Source: Lama glama (taxonomy: Eukaryota). From it: a DNA stretch of 64,000 nt. Below, piece after piece: positions 63,636-64,000 of this stretch (the stretch's first letter is position 1; the number at the start of each line of letters is the position of its first letter). The DNA lies in NCBI GenBank assembly GCA_028534125.1, contig CM052817.1, forward strand, positions 40,116,001-40,180,000, written 5' to 3'. The position numbers were made by a program, and so were the translations under genes. Below the pieces are notes generated by a model. That model was not told the origin of the DNA. It did not search any database and worked only from the letters and a program-made list of their open reading frames with translations.

Positions 63636-63902
63636 AATAAATAATACATTATTTATATCAGGAGAAAAATCTGTGTAAGGGGCAAATTGATGTGGGAGGC
63701 CTCAGACAAACATTGTATACGGCCCAGGATGCCTGACCTGTCCACATGCATAGCTGGCCCCTTTGGTGTTTGTCAGCAAGAGATGCTTCCATTTTATCTT
63801 ATGTCAGCTGACTAGCTAATTCTATTATGTACTGATTTATAGTCTACTATACTGATGTCTTTTGGTTTTGACTTGTAAGCTTTGCTTGTGTAAATCTTTC
63901 AG

Positions 63903-64000
63903 GCAAAAATAATGTGTTCCTCAATATGCAAATGTATTGGCTGTAAGAATTTTGAAGAAAGCCCAGAAAGAAAGACATTGATGCACTTGGCAGACGCAGC
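63903..64000 (+). CDS. LIN54: LIN54 exon 12, partial, cut by the window edge ([32 protein letters not shown]...)
   Basis: ctttcag| acceptor; completes CXC2 in phase 0. Confidence 0.95.

Overview
Mammalian genomic DNA containing most of LIN54 (the CHR-binding, tesmin/CXC-domain subunit of the MuvB/DREAM complex) on the + strand. There are two CpG-island promoters with candidate non-coding first exons (donors after 5174 and 7448), then 11 coding exons from the ATG at 17462 to the window edge. All junctions are GT-AG with consistent phases, giving about 646 codons; the gene continues past 64000. The introns hold old eutherian repeats (L1M, L2, MIR, MER3/MER5/MER20/MER58, MLT1, an ERVL LTR plus internal remnant), six tRNA-derived SINEs resembling camelid Vic-1, and young L1 copies, one spanning a 500-N gap. 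Repeat family names come from recalled consensus sequences, not a database search. I found no new gene system. The most interesting signals are regulatory: correctly spaced CDE/CHR elements at both promoters (possible LIN54 autoregulation), a strong-Kozak uORF in frame with LIN54 and separated from it by one TGA, in-frame alternative splice options, a young sense-strand L1 just before exon 12, and a perfect 38-bp palindrome.
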